From contig NC_042998.1 of assembly GCF_006345805.1 (NCBI RefSeq), positions 204,848,001 to 204,912,000 on the forward strand: a stretch of DNA of 64,000 nt, written 5' to 3'. The stretch's first letter is position 1. Each line of letters opens with the position of its first letter. Under the pieces are notes generated by a model, which saw only the letters and a list, made by a program, of their open reading frames with translations, had not been told where the DNA came from and did no database searches. Source of the DNA: Octopus sinensis (Eukaryota). Below, piece after piece: positions 41,726 through 51,079 of this stretch. The position numbers and the translations under genes are program-made.

Positions 41726-43096
41726 CACACACACACATATATATATTGTGTGTGTGTGTGAAGGGCTTCTTTCAGTTTTTATCTACCAAATCCACTCACA
41801 AAGGTTTGGCTAGCTTGAGGCTATAATAGAAGACACCTGCCCAAGGCCCCATTCAGTGGGACTGAACCTGGAACCATGTGGGCGAAAACCCACTCTCCAA
41901 CTGACTGGCTTACTGTAGCATAACATGTGGTAACCCAAGAGAGATGAAAGTCAAAGTTGACTCCTGCAGGATTGGAACACTGAACTCTGAGAGACATTAT
42001 TTGTGTTTTGTCCCTTTATGTTTTAATTGATTTTTGTTAGCCCTTGTGGCCAATAAACGAATGAATTATTATTATTATTATTATTGCCCAAGTATTGCTG
42101 ACCTGTGGGTTTATGTCGAACAGCTACTGTCACGTGTAGGACGGATCCGGCTATCAGCTGAATCCATAGTGAAGATTGCCCCACCGACCTCCTTTAACTG
42201 GGAGGGCAAGGCAATTTGTCTAGTGGCTGTATCAAAAGAAGTGGTTTGGTGGACCATACCACCTCTTTGGCCAAGGCCTCATCAACTTTTTCAAGTTCCA
42301 CTTGAAAAGGAAGATGAGAGTAGAGAGGGAAGTGGTGTCTTGTAACAAATTTATTGAAAGGTGGGTGAATGTTGGTAAAATGGCCAGTATGAACGGACCA
42401 ATTCTGAGGTTACACCTGTAAAAAAAAAGGAGAAGGGGCTCTCTACCCCTTTTTGACCAGGCTCCCGTGGCTTTATGGGTTTTTCCATGAGTAACCTTTC
42501 AAAGCGCCTCCCCCTATTGGGAGTTTTATTTGTTATATTTTTCGTTGTTATCTTGAATGTTTACACGGACCTTTTTTTTCGTTAAGCCCTTTGTACTTTT
42601 CCTCCATGTTTGTCCTTACATGTTTTCGATTTATGTTAGCCCTTGTGGCCAATAAAACCAGAACTAATCATTATTATTATTAATAGTCCAGCATTCAACA
42701 CTGTCTTGGTTACTCAGACTTTTGGAGGCATTCAGTATCTTTAGGAAAACACATTATCTCTTGAAATATTAAAAATCTGTTCTGCCAACTTCCATAACTA
42801 AAAAAAACCTTCAAAGAACTCATTATGAAAAATGGACAAACTGGAAAGTTGCTGGGCGGAGTTTAAAATAAAACAAAAACACTTGACAAAGAATTCTTAA
42901 AAAAATGAATACTAAAAAATGTTATCTTAGGAGAATGTTTGTAATATAACTGAAAATCTCACCTAAATTTAAAGTTGCAGATTGTTGAGGGCTGCCATAG
43001 GTGAGAGCAGAATGGGTTTAACAAACAGCGACTGTCTTAGAATTGACATGAAACTAGTCTAAACATCTAGTATGGCTCTTGCTCTCTCTCTCTCTC

Positions 43097-43144
<48 letters not shown>

Positions 43145-43431
43145 CATACACACATACATACATGTACAGAGAGAGAGAGAGAAAATCAGAGAATGATTCA
43201 ACAAATGGACCAGTGTATATTGTTCCATGGCCCAAGACATTTTAAAGGAAGGAGAAACCAAAAATAAGGATTCTTCTGTTTTCTAAACCAAAACAATCGT
43301 TGGTCTGTTTTGAGATTTAGTTTAACACAAAAACAGACATTTCAGACCCCTTCATTCTATGTTCTGTTGGTGTTTTTAGTTCACCTTTCACTGTTTATCT
43401 CTTCCTCCCCACTTCCCAACCCCAGCTCACT

Positions 43432-43485
<54 letters not shown>

Positions 43486-45940
43486 GCAGAGATAAAGATC
43501 TGTGAAAGTTTCAAAAACAAAAAGCTAGTCTGTGAGTGAATATTCCATATATGAACAACCGTAAATTGTTGTTTATGCTTTGTCTATACACACACACACA
43601 CCACACACACACACACACACGTATAGTGCTCACAATGAAATTCTAGCCGTGGTGGTGGAGTGGATGCTTGTATGTGTTGTGAAAATATAGACAGACACAC
43701 AGACACCAGCTTCTCCACGTCTTAAAACTTACCAAGTTCCTTCATTCTTTCCATCATAATACACAAGGGGGTGGGGAGAGAGACTCAGTTTATAGTTAAA
43801 CATGAGGGAGACACTCCACTCATCAGACCTGCCCTCATTCACACATCACTGTCAGCATCCAACCATGCCCACCTCCTTTAACATCTCAACATCTGCTATT
43901 TACACAAAGTCTTACCATTCTTTCTTCCAAGGATCTCAGGAATGTCTTCTGGATGGGGAGGAGGGAGGAAAAGGAGAGCGAGGGGGGAGGAGGGAGGAAA
44001 AGGAGAGCGAGGGGGGAGAAGGGAGGAAAAGGAGAGCGAGGGGGGAGAAGGGAGGAAAAGGAGAGCGATGGGGGAGAAGGGAGGAAAAGGAGAGCGATGG
44101 GGGAGAAGGGAGGAAAAGGAGAGCGATGGGGGAGAAGGGAGGAAAAGGAGAGCGATGGGGAGAAGGGAGGAAAAGGAGAGCGATGGAGAGAAGGGAGGAA
44201 AAGGAGAGCGATGGGAGTGGAGGGAGGAAAAGGAGAGCGATGGGGTGGAGGGAGGAAAAGGAGAGCGATGGGGAGAAGGGAGGAAAAGGAGAGCGAGGGG
44301 GGAGAAGGGAGGAAAAGGAGAGCGAGGGGGGAGAAGGGAGGAAAAGAAGAGCGATGGAGAGAAGGGAGGAAAAGGAGAGCGATGGGAGAGAAGGGAGGAA
44401 AAGGAGAGCGATGGGAGAGAAGGGAGGAAAAGGAGAGCGATGGGGTGGAGGGAGGAAAAGGAGAGCGATGGGAGAGAAGGGAGGAAAAGGAGAGCGATGG
44501 GAGAGAAGGGAGGAAAAGGAGAGCGATGGGAGAGAAGGGAGGAAAAGGAGAGCGATGGGAGAGAAGGGAGGAAAAGGAGAGCGATGGGGTGGAGGGAGGA
44601 AAAGGAGAGCGATGGGGTGGAGGGAGGAAAAGGAGAGCGATGGGGGAGAAGGGAGGAAAAGGAGAGCGATGGGAGAGAAGGGAGGAAAAGGAGAGCGATG
44701 GGAGAGAAGGGAGGAAAAGGAGAGCGATGGGGTGGAGGGAGGAAAAGGAGAGCGATGGGGTGGAGGGAGGAAAAGGAGAGCGATGGGGGAGAAGGGAGGA
44801 AAAGGAGAGCGATGGGGGAGAAGGGAGGAAAAGAAGAGCGATGGGAGAGAAGGGAGGAAAAGGAGAGCGATGGGAGAGAAGGGAGGAAAAGGAGAGCGAT
44901 GGGGTGGAGGGAGGAAAAGGAGAGCGATGGGGTGGAGGGAGGAAAAGGAGAGCGATGGGGGAGGAGGGTTTATCAACAAAGCAGCGTTTTTTTATAATCA
45001 TTTAACTTGTTTCAGTCACAAGACTATGGCCATACTGGAGCACCAAACACAGGCACAAAATACGTACATACACACACACACAATGGGCTTCTTTCAGTTT
45101 CCCTCTACCAAATCCACTCACAAGGCTTTGGTCGGTCCGAGGCTATAGTTGAAGACACTTGCCCAAGGTGCCACGCAGTGGGACTGAACCTGGAGCAATG
45201 TGGTTGGGAAGCAAGCTACTTACCACACAGCTACTCCTGTGCGTATAGTATACAATAAGCATATTATTATTATTATTATTATTATTATATTATTATTATT
45301 ATTATTATTACTATTATTATTATAAAAACCAGAATTAATGATTAAAAAAAAACAGAATTAATTATTATTATTATTCTTATAAGGTTGTGGGCTGGTAGAA
45401 TGGTTAGCAAAGAGGGCAAAATGTTTGGCAGCATTTTCTCTATTCCAACTCCACCAACGTCAACTTTACCTTTCCCTCTTCCAAGGTTTATAAACTAAGG
45501 ACCAGCAGAACACTGAGGTCAATGTAATTCCCTTAACCCGTACCTCTGAAATTACTGGCCTTGTGCCAAAATTTGAAAGCACTACTACTACTACTACTAG
45601 TAGTAGTAGTAGTTGTAGTAGTATCATCATCCTCATCCTGAATATCAACATTATTCATGATTTTTTATTCATTATTAAAATAGAAGACAGCTGCCAGCAA
45701 TGCCAGGGAATCCCATTTACCATATGTTGAAGTGGGGGGGGAGAGAGAAAAGGTGAGGAGAAAGTTGAGAGAGAGACAGAGAGAGAGAGAGGAAAAAGGA
45801 AAGAGAGACATGTAAGAAAACAAGTTTACTTGTTTAACTATTTTGGGAATCGGGTAAAAAGGAACTTTTAATTCCAGATTCCTTGGTCAAACACATCTGA
45901 AGATCTAATAAAGACATGATGTGGAATATACATCATGTCA

Positions 45941-45971
<31 letters not shown>

Positions 45972-48542
45972 TTCCTGCACCAGCTTCACATAGAAGCCCC
46001 AGCCCTTCCAAAGTGCCTTGGATCGTAGGGTGACCTGCTGTGCTTGAGGAGACCTTTTGAGTCAAGTACATCAACATCAAAATAAATATCAAAGGGAAAT
46101 TGTAGTTGTGATACCTGTGCTGGTGGCATGTTAAAAGCATCATCCAAACGTGGCTGATGCCAGCACCACCTTGACTGGCTTCCGTGCTGGTGGCACGTAA
46201 AAAGCATCCACTACACTCACAGAGTGGTTGGCGTTAGTAAGGGCATCCAGCTGTAGAAACACTGCCAGATCAGACTGGAGCCTGGTGCAGCCTCCTGGCT
46301 TCCCAGACCCCGGTCGAACCGTCCAACCCGTGCTAGCACGGAAAACGGACGTTAAATGATGATGATATATATATATATATATATATATATGCTCTCTGTG
46401 TTTGTGTGTGTACGTGTGTACATATACATATATATGTATACATATGGGTGCTTATCTTAGCTAAGCTAGCATGGGTTGGACGATTCAACTGAGGTCTGGG
46501 AAGCCTGAGGCTTCCCAGACCCCAGGTGAACCGTCCAACCCATGCTAGCATGGAAAGCGGACGTTAAACGATGATGATGATGATATAATGTGTGATTCTT
46601 TGAAGTTAGCTAAGATAAGCACCCAAAGGTGGTGGCAGCAACATATTTTCGAATGAGTAATACCAGATGAAGTGTTTTGTTCAGAATCTTTGTTGTGAAA
46701 TGACCAAAATTGGTAACTAAGGAACTGAAGACTTCCATGAAGTGGTTCAGTCACCAACTGAGTTTATGGAAGTAGATCGTTGCTGTAAGCTTGGCCTTTG
46801 CAGTCAATGACACGGTCCTCAGCTTGGTCAGTTGTGTCGTTCTTGAAGGGTTTCAGTCGGAAACAGTGGCAGTGTTTACGGTTCATCGACCAAAAGTCTT
46901 TTAGCTCAGCAGACTCATTGTGAGTGAAGACCAGTGGAACAAAAATAGCTGATTTGAAAGATAAGGGTTGGTGACAGAAAGAGCATCCAGCTGTAGAGCC
47001 CTGCCTCATTACTTCTTGTACAACCCTTGCCAGTATCATCATCATCATTTAATGTCCATTTTTCATGCTGACATGGGTTGGACAGTTTGACAAGAGATAG
47101 TAACTCGGAGAGCTACACCATGTCTGTTTTGGCATGGTTGCCATGGCTGGATGCCCTTCCTAATGCCACCACTTTACAAAGTGCACTGGGTGCTTTATGC
47201 ATGGCACCAGCATGGAAGCTTTTTAGGTGGCACCAACACAGACATGGCGTCAACACCGTGGTGGCACTGCTTTAGTGAACACCTTCCCTTTCCAAGACAG
47301 ATCAATAGGAAGAGGTGGACTCAATACTACAACCTAAGAGAACCCTCATTAATTTAACTGTGCTCCCACTGATTATAGGAATAGTACCACTGGGCTATTT
47401 CTTTGTTTCTTTTATTTGTATGCTGCCACCAATGTGCTCAGCTTACTCATATTGGTTTCAAATTTTGGCACAAGGCCAGCATCATACTACATCTTAAATT
47501 CAAAGAAACTGTCTTCAGTGTAACCATAAATACAAGACATTCTCTTTCTAAACCCATCAAGACTTTTATAAAGAGATTGAAGACTGTTTGCGTATTACTA
47601 GTTTTGTGATGGTTTTTATCTTATTTATATGTTTCCTATTTGGAAATAGATAATAAATATATTTTACTTTTGAAGTAGGATTATATATTAATAAACACGT
47701 CACTTATAACTTATTTCTAAGTGTTATCATTATACATAAATCCTAACTCCAGCTACATAAACGCCATAATGAGAAATAAATTTTCTGAAATGCTAACGGA
47801 CATTTTATGCGTGCATGTATGTTGAAGATAAATAAATTTGTGTTCTTTGAACCGCTATAAAAAAAAATATACAGTTTCATAATTGCAGAAATACATTTCA
47901 TTAACAAGTTGAAGAACGTGAAGAAGGAGAAAATAATTACTACATTAATTAATTTATGTTCATTTAGCATTTATAGCACAAATTGGAAAATAAAGTAATT
48001 TTGTTGTAGAGAATTATGGCTTAAAATTCACACCAGCTAATCCTTCATACTAACTACTTAGAGTTCACAACAATTCCTAAAAGTTTTGTTGGATTTTTAT
48101 CAGAGACATGGCATAAAAAATAGCCAATATCTCAAGGAGTGTCGTGGAGTTTAGTAACATCCTACGAACACTGAGTAATTTCCCAAAAATCAGGGTTTTT
48201 ATAACTGCTCATATCCGAATTCTAAGAACCGTATTTTGTGAAAGATTTCTTTTAGAATTCATATATGGGTAGTAATTTTAACCAATGGGATTACCAACAA
48301 TTATGCTTGTTTGGGCAAACGACCATTACGTCATATTGCCGCCTTTTATGACTTGCTACAAAACCATCTTGGCAGTAGAAGAAAGAAAAATCTCAAAAAT
48401 TAATTGGCAGCTTACCTCTGAAAAACAGGTCTTGAATACTTTCAGCCCCTTGACAAAGGACTCCCCAAATATCTGCCTCTGTCAGTGGGCCTGTGTTCTC
48501 TATTATGTCGTACAACGAGACGGATATACCCAAAATTGGCAT
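1340..48542 (-). CDS. PTPN13: PTPN13/FRMPD2-like multi-exon gene, 5' portion (KIND-FERM-PDZ1); 21 coding exons, 3' end outside the window
   Basis: Manually spliced exons with GT/AG ends and matching phases give one open frame of about 1250 codons: KIND ([40 protein letters not shown]...[10 protein letters not shown]...ACS...PSFS), FERM ([12 protein letters not shown]...[15 protein letters not shown]...[11 protein letters not shown]...[14 protein letters not shown]), then a PDZ. KIND-FERM-PDZ order is characteristic of PTPN13 and FRMPD2; the PTP domain is not visible here. Confidence 0.88.
2264..2468 (+). mobile_element. Family B tRNA-headed SINE (representative copy)
   Basis: B-box-like GAGTTCAAATTC, core GCCTTTCATCCTTT.GGGGTCGATAAA..AGTACCAG (recalled as MetaSINE-like), tail TTAGCCCCTTGTGGG.AATAAAGAAATA; other copies at about 6330, 12855, 14200 (-), 19420 (-), 22200 (-), 36900-37500, 56200-56760. 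Confidence 0.8.
3093..3482 (+). mobile_element. Family C tRNA-headed SINE, tail type 1, ending in (AAAC/AAC)n
   Basis: Head GGAGGCGCAATGGCCCAGTGG (A box) and GGTTTTGATTCCC (B box). Confidence 0.75.
3517..4362 (-). CDS. PTPN13: Coding exon 20 (PDZ1 plus Ser-rich linker)
   Basis: 846 nt, phase 1 to 1, open throughout: ...[22 protein letters not shown]...[30 protein letters not shown]...TVKLLLFQR...IPSMK; donor G|GTAAGA. Confidence 0.9.
5232..5612 (+). mobile_element. Family A: abundant 5'-truncated retroelement 3' end with (ATG)n tail (representative copy)
   Basis: Core GTGGTTGGCGTTAGGAAGGGCATCCAGCTGTAGAAAC...CCAACCCATGCCAGCATGGAAAGYGGACGTTAAAYGATGATGAT; more than 25 copies on both strands (e.g. 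621, 4585, 7530, 12600, 17060, 21630, 22870, 26030, 29710, 32290, 34515, 62825), sharing 3' ends with variable 5' ends. Confidence 0.85.
8072..8560 (-). mobile_element. Family A, long copy
   Basis: Extends about 250 bp further 5' than typical copies; the same extension occurs at 45960-46355 (+), 21630-22005 and 62825-63135; no tRNA head visible. Confidence 0.8.
9140..9237 (-). CDS. PTPN13: Coding exon 19
   Basis: 98 nt, phase 2 to 1: (C)[32 protein letters not shown]; donor G|GTTTGT; acceptor chosen by phase and pyrimidine tract. Confidence 0.7.
10560..10624 (-). CDS. PTPN13: Coding exon 18
   Basis: 65 nt, phase 0 to 2: [21 protein letters not shown]; TTCCAG acceptor, GTAAGT donor. Confidence 0.78.
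11346..11428 (-). CDS. PTPN13: Coding exon 17 (acidic linker)
   Basis: 83 nt, phase 1 to 0: [28 protein letters not shown]; donor GTAAAT. Confidence 0.8.
11969..12063 (-). CDS. PTPN13: Coding exon 16 (FERM end)
   Basis: 95 nt, phase 2 to 1: [32 protein letters not shown]; donor CAG|GTAAGT. Confidence 0.92.
13143..13363 (-). CDS. PTPN13: Coding exon 15 (FERM F3)
   Basis: 221 nt, phase 0 to 2: [21 protein letters not shown]...[17 protein letters not shown]...HFYTSSHR; donor GTAAGT. Confidence 0.92.
13925..13975 (-). CDS. PTPN13: Coding exon 14 (FERM F2/F3)
   Basis: 51 nt: [17 protein letters not shown]; TTTGTAG acceptor, AAG|GTTGGT donor. Confidence 0.9.
14470..14685 (+). mobile_element. Family F hammerhead-bearing (Penelope-like) fragment, copy 1
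   Basis: About 200 bp homologous to 60130-60345; TCT-CCGATGA-A-GGGATAT..ATATCCC-G-GAAAC-AGCT-GTA-AGA; ends in (TA)n. Confidence 0.6.
14685..15735. repeat. About 1-kb compound (TA)/(CA)/(TACA) microsatellite with a local 40-bp higher-order unit
   Basis: ATATATATATATACACATACATACATATATGTATATATAC repeats exactly at 14821, 14861 and 14901, then degenerates. Confidence 0.97.
15833..16565 (+). mobile_element. Internally deleted Tc1/mariner transposon of maT (DD37D)-type
   Basis: Fragments [11 protein letters not shown]...[13 protein letters not shown]...PYVWQQ...[18 protein letters not shown]...[31 protein letters not shown]; third catalytic residue is D (NPLDY); frameshifted; ends approximate. 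Confidence 0.75.
16602..16887 (-). CDS. PTPN13: Coding exon 13 (FERM F2)
   Basis: 286 nt, phase 2 to 0: [39 protein letters not shown]...AKFIR; donor GTAAGT. Confidence 0.93.
17270..17660 (-). mobile_element. Family D tRNA-headed CORE-like SINE with internal microsatellite (representative copy)
   Basis: A box TGGCTGTGTGG, B box GGTTCAGTCCC, core CCTTGGGCAAGTGTCTT, internal (TA/TG)n after GAAACTGAAAGAAGCC; copies at about 810, 7330, 10740, 11165, 35325, 36103, 41760, 45080, 54240, 60370, 61520, 62200-62820. Confidence 0.82.
17819..17966 (-). CDS. PTPN13: Coding exon 12 (FERM F1)
   Basis: 148 nt, phase 1 to 2: [21 protein letters not shown]...[10 protein letters not shown]; donor GTAAGT. Confidence 0.92.
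19122..19293 (-). CDS. PTPN13: Coding exon 11 (FERM F1)
   Basis: 172 nt, phase 0 to 1: [26 protein letters not shown]...FFGLTYIH; donor G|GTAAGA. Confidence 0.92.
20673..20747 (-). CDS. PTPN13: Coding exon 10 (pre-FERM 'GPEF' motif)
   Basis: 75 nt: [25 protein letters not shown]; donor GAG|GTAAGC. Confidence 0.88.
24594..24747 (-). CDS. PTPN13: Coding exon 9
   Basis: 154 nt, phase 2 to 0: [21 protein letters not shown]...DDSFLNTK; donor GTAAGT. Confidence 0.85.
26764..26896 (-). CDS. PTPN13: Coding exon 8
   Basis: 133 nt, phase 1 to 2: [44 protein letters not shown]; donor AG|GTAAGT. Confidence 0.85.
27163..27585 (-). CDS. PTPN13: Coding exon 7 (Ser-rich linker)
   Basis: 423 nt, phase 1 to 1: [14 protein letters not shown]...[16 protein letters not shown]...SAVQ; donor G|GTTAGT. 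Confidence 0.85.
27860..28322 (+). repeat. G-rich 15-bp minisatellite (GAGTGAGGCTGGGTG)n, about 30 units
   Basis: Direct inspection; lies in the intron between exons 6 and 7. Confidence 0.95.
28654..28849 (-). CDS. PTPN13: Coding exon 6 (basic/Ser-rich linker)
   Basis: 196 nt, phase 0 to 1: [16 protein letters not shown]...RLRRN; donor G|GTAAGT. Confidence 0.85.
29136..29237 (-). CDS. PTPN13: Coding exon 5 (KIND C-terminus)
   Basis: 102 nt: [34 protein letters not shown]; donor GAA|GTGAGT. Confidence 0.9.
29950..30090 (-). mobile_element. Family E hammerhead-bearing (Penelope-like) fragment, copy 1
   Basis: Homologous to 62430-62560; minus strand reads CTGT-CTGACGA-AAGGGAATGT-GAAAC-TCTGA-GTA-ACAG; abuts (TA)n. 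Confidence 0.65.
30279..30371 (-). CDS. PTPN13: Coding exon 4, copy B (identical to copy A)
   Basis: Same 93 nt and same splice sites, 555 bp away. Confidence 0.8.
30834..30926 (-). CDS. PTPN13: Coding exon 4, copy A (KIND; tandemly duplicated)
   Basis: 93 nt, phase 0 to 0: [31 protein letters not shown]; TTTCAG acceptor, GAG|GTAAGA donor. Confidence 0.8.
31295..31960 (+). mobile_element. Putative RTE-derived non-autonomous element (HDV-like 5' fold, hairpin-rich UTR, (TATG)n tail)
   Basis: Begins after a (TG)n tract with a pseudoknot-like segment; serial hairpins; GGGCATCCTTCTAGGAGAAGG motif I recall from RTE 5' UTRs; ends in (ATGT)n; no ORF. Confidence 0.45.
33345..33410 (-). CDS. PTPN13: Coding exon 3 (KIND)
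   Basis: 66 nt, phase 0 to 0: [22 protein letters not shown]; TTTCAG acceptor, GTTTGT donor; matches the KIND 'IYSLGMTL' motif. Confidence 0.9.
33567..33947 (-). mobile_element. Family C tRNA-headed SINE, tail type 2, with target-site duplication
   Basis: Same head and core as the 3093 copy, different 3' half; flanked by AACACCCAAGGTAA at 33553-33566 and 33954-33967. Confidence 0.85.
34287..34456 (-). CDS. PTPN13: Coding exon 2 (KIND)
   Basis: 170 nt, phase 1 to 0: [28 protein letters not shown]...[19 protein letters not shown]; TTTGCAG acceptor, AAG|GTTTGT donor. Confidence 0.9.
35018..36580. repeat. Tandem duplication, 778-bp period, intronic, containing a family D SINE
   Basis: CTCATAC at 35032 and 35810; CTCTACCAC at 35782 and 36560; the units look identical; bounded by (CA)n. 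Confidence 0.95.
37563..37745. mobile_element. Second TTAA-flanked MITE family
   Basis: TTAA|CCCCT...AGGGG|TTAA termini; internal sequence unlike the 52744 family. Confidence 0.55.
38071..38576. mobile_element. Non-autonomous Tc1/mariner-pogo-type MITE
   Basis: TIR CCGTAAATCCTCGAGTATAA / TTATACTCAAGGATTTACGG (1 mismatch), TA on both sides, no ORF. Confidence 0.85.
38769..40327 (+). mobile_element. Full-length decayed Tc1-family DNA transposon, DD37E (TRT-like)
   Basis: About 200-bp imperfect terminal inverted repeats with TA on both sides; transposase pseudogene from ATG near 38983 ([13 protein letters not shown]...TAKDLRNI...WAQKY...[17 protein letters not shown]...HDNAPSH-[37 aa]-E in LNPIENLW), with in-frame stops and frameshifts. 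Confidence 0.9.
41583..41760. repeat. (TA)n microsatellite; representative of many simple repeats ((GA)n 17724-17800 and 43430-43490; (CTA)n 40430-40465; (TAT)n 45260-45320; (TG)n 31225-31275)
   Basis: Direct inspection. Confidence 0.95.
42086..42690 (+). mobile_element. 3' fragment of a Tx1/L1-clade LINE (ORF2 C-terminus, 3' UTR, (TAT)n tail)
   Basis: [15 protein letters not shown]...[11 protein letters not shown]...[11 protein letters not shown]...KFIERW...*, then a UTR ending TTAGCCCTTGTGGCCAATAAA; a second short 3' end lies at about 42000-42085. Confidence 0.65.
43950..44965 (+). repeat. Purine-rich 28-30-bp minisatellite (GGGAGAGAAGGGAGGAAAAGGAGAGCGAT)n, about 35 units
   Basis: Direct inspection; variant units GGGGTGGA- and GGGGGAGAA-. 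Confidence 0.97.
48416..48542 (-). CDS. PTPN13: Coding exon 1 (ATG; KIND N-terminus). The exon extends as 5' UTR to an acceptor at 48590
   Basis: [42 protein letters not shown](G); donor AG|GTAAGC; upstream pyrimidine tract and CAG imply a further non-coding 5' exon that I did not locate. Confidence 0.9.
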
Positions 48543-50554
48543 TTTGATTGTTTAGTTTTTCGTTCTCCGACTTGTTTTAAATTCTGAAGGCTGTCGAAAA
48601 TAAGGAAAAGAGAAAGTTTAAAAACCTGAAGCAAATTACACTTTTCTAAGAAATAATTAACAGCAACAGAAGCAGTTTTTATAGCAGAAGCTAATGTTTA
48701 TCCTCCCTTGAAAGTGGTTTTGTGTTAGAACACAGGATACAGTAACAGTTGCCATGACTCTCAATGGTAACTTTTGCAAGATTCTGTGTTCTAAATCCCA
48801 GAAACCATTTTTGCCACCATTCTGATTAACAAACATAATATCAAGCTCATTCAGTCTGCTAAAAATAACAGTCAAGTTTCCTTCAAATGGTACTCTACTC
48901 TCTTTAACTCTTGAGCATTCACATAGCTGTCGACCATTTCATTTATTCTCATTCTTTTGAAATTATCAAACATCATCTCTCATAGCTTTGAGATCTTAAT
49001 GGTGTGACTGATTTTAGAAAGACATTGTAGGATGGGTGTGACAGGCTGGATCTGGTTGGTGGGCCTGATATGGCCTGTTTAAAGAAGTTTATGCTGAACA
49101 ATGTAATTTCTGATACATAAACAGAAAGGATGGCCATAGTTGGAACAGCTTTGATCATAGATCTCCTCAATTAGAACTGACCAGAGGTTAAACAGTAACG
49201 AGCTATTTAATAAATTTGTATTGTTACAGATGACCTGAAACTGTGGTCAAGAGAGGGTTTTATGATAAGGGGGACATCAACAGAGATGACATCATAGAAG
49301 GTTACATTTAGTGTAACATTGCATCATGCTATATTAATTTAGTATGGTGTTATACTAGTATAAAAATATTAGTATAATATTGTATGATGTTAAACGAACT
49401 TGGAAGATTCTGATCTTACGCTAAGAAAACATCTTAGGAAGACACAATGTTATTTTAACATTAAAAAATAAGAAAACCAGACTCAAAGAGGAGAGAATGG
49501 TATCAAGAAGTGCTTCACTGCAGGATGGCATTCACTGAGGCATTACCGATATCTTCAATCTGTTTTTCCAACAACTTTATACTTAGAAACCTTCTGTCAC
49601 CATGTTGCCAGTACTTTATCTACAGACAATAAAAACCGACCAAAGTCTGAAGTTTGGTTAGAATCTAAGAGCTTTTCTTCGGAGAATTAGGATAACAGAT
49701 GGTCTAAAAGAGATCATCTAACACACACACACGTGTATCTGTATATACAGGTCTGTGATAAATTGATAAATAAAGATTAGAATAGTACGAAATAGATAAA
49801 GATAAATGCTAAATATAAAACAATGAAAGTCCTTTTGTATAAAAGTCTGCCTCAGTCAAAGAGGAAGAAATCACATCAGCTTTGTTGCAGAGAATCTGAA
49901 TAATTTATTAATGGTAAATAGGAATTTTTTGATGAAGTCTTTGATTACTATAAAAGTTGTTCTAATTACATGTAGAATATTATATGAAGACATTCTAATT
50001 TAGAGAAATAGCAACTGAGGAATTAATGTAAAGGTCAGGAGTTCAATATCTACCACAGCCGATTAACTTTGAAGTCACAGTCAAATGTATTTTTCAACTT
50101 GGGCTTCCACAGAGACATATTACTCAAATAGCTAAAAATAACAGCTAAATGTCTTTCACTTGTCACTCTACTATTTTTAAGAAATAATGGAGCACAGTGG
50201 ATAATGTAGTCTAAGATAGACTGTGACTGATAAAAATATGACATTCATTTAGTCTAAAAATACACATCAGGGAATGAATGAAGATGGAATGAGAAAATGG
50301 AGTGGAACGAAGGAAACTTTAAACAGATGTACTTGCTTCCTGTACTTAGAAAATCTGTACTCATTGGATGCCCACCCCTGCAACCCAACCCACCCCAGTC
50401 ATATTGCAGACTTCGTATCCCACAGGGATGAGCTGCATACTACAAGTGTTGGTTAATACACACACACACACAGAAGGTGAGGTACTTACAAACACATACA
50501 CACATATAAATGATAACTATACACACACACACACATGCACATTCATACACACAC

Positions 50555-50600
<46 letters not shown>

Positions 50601-51079
50601 CAGAGAGAAAATGCTGAGAGTAGAATCAGAGCATTACAAAGATAAAAGAAAGAAAAAACATGAAATTCTTCCTTTATTCTCAGATAACTGATTCCTCCTG
50701 CTTCTGTGTCTATAAAAAAATGCCTGGTTTGATGTAGAACATCAGACCACCACCACCGCCACACACCACCGCCGCCACCACCACCACCACCACTGCCATA
50801 GCTGCCACACCCTGGATATTTTAAGAAGAGTGTTTTGAAGTAGCAACCAAGATCCCCCTCTTATCACGTTTACAATATAAAAAAAAGACAACAGACATTC
50901 TGGTAGTGAAGTCCCTGACAAACTGGAATGGTGGCCATGCTTGGAACGACTTTGATTTTAATTCTAGGTGCAGGATAAATAATTGAATAGTCAATATCAA
51001 AAAATTTTTAAAACCCCACCAAAACAAACTCAATTCACTACTAAAATGCAAACAGATAATAACAATAGTTGCAGCTTCT

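Noticed and set aside
43950-44965. Possible CRISPR-like array (about 29-bp repeats)
   Set aside because: Units are contiguous with no unique spacers, there are no cas genes, and the context is eukaryotic
43802-45148. 350-450-aa R/E/G/K-rich and P/S/F/L-rich ORFs
   Set aside because: The minisatellite unit lacks stop codons in every frame; it lies in an intron
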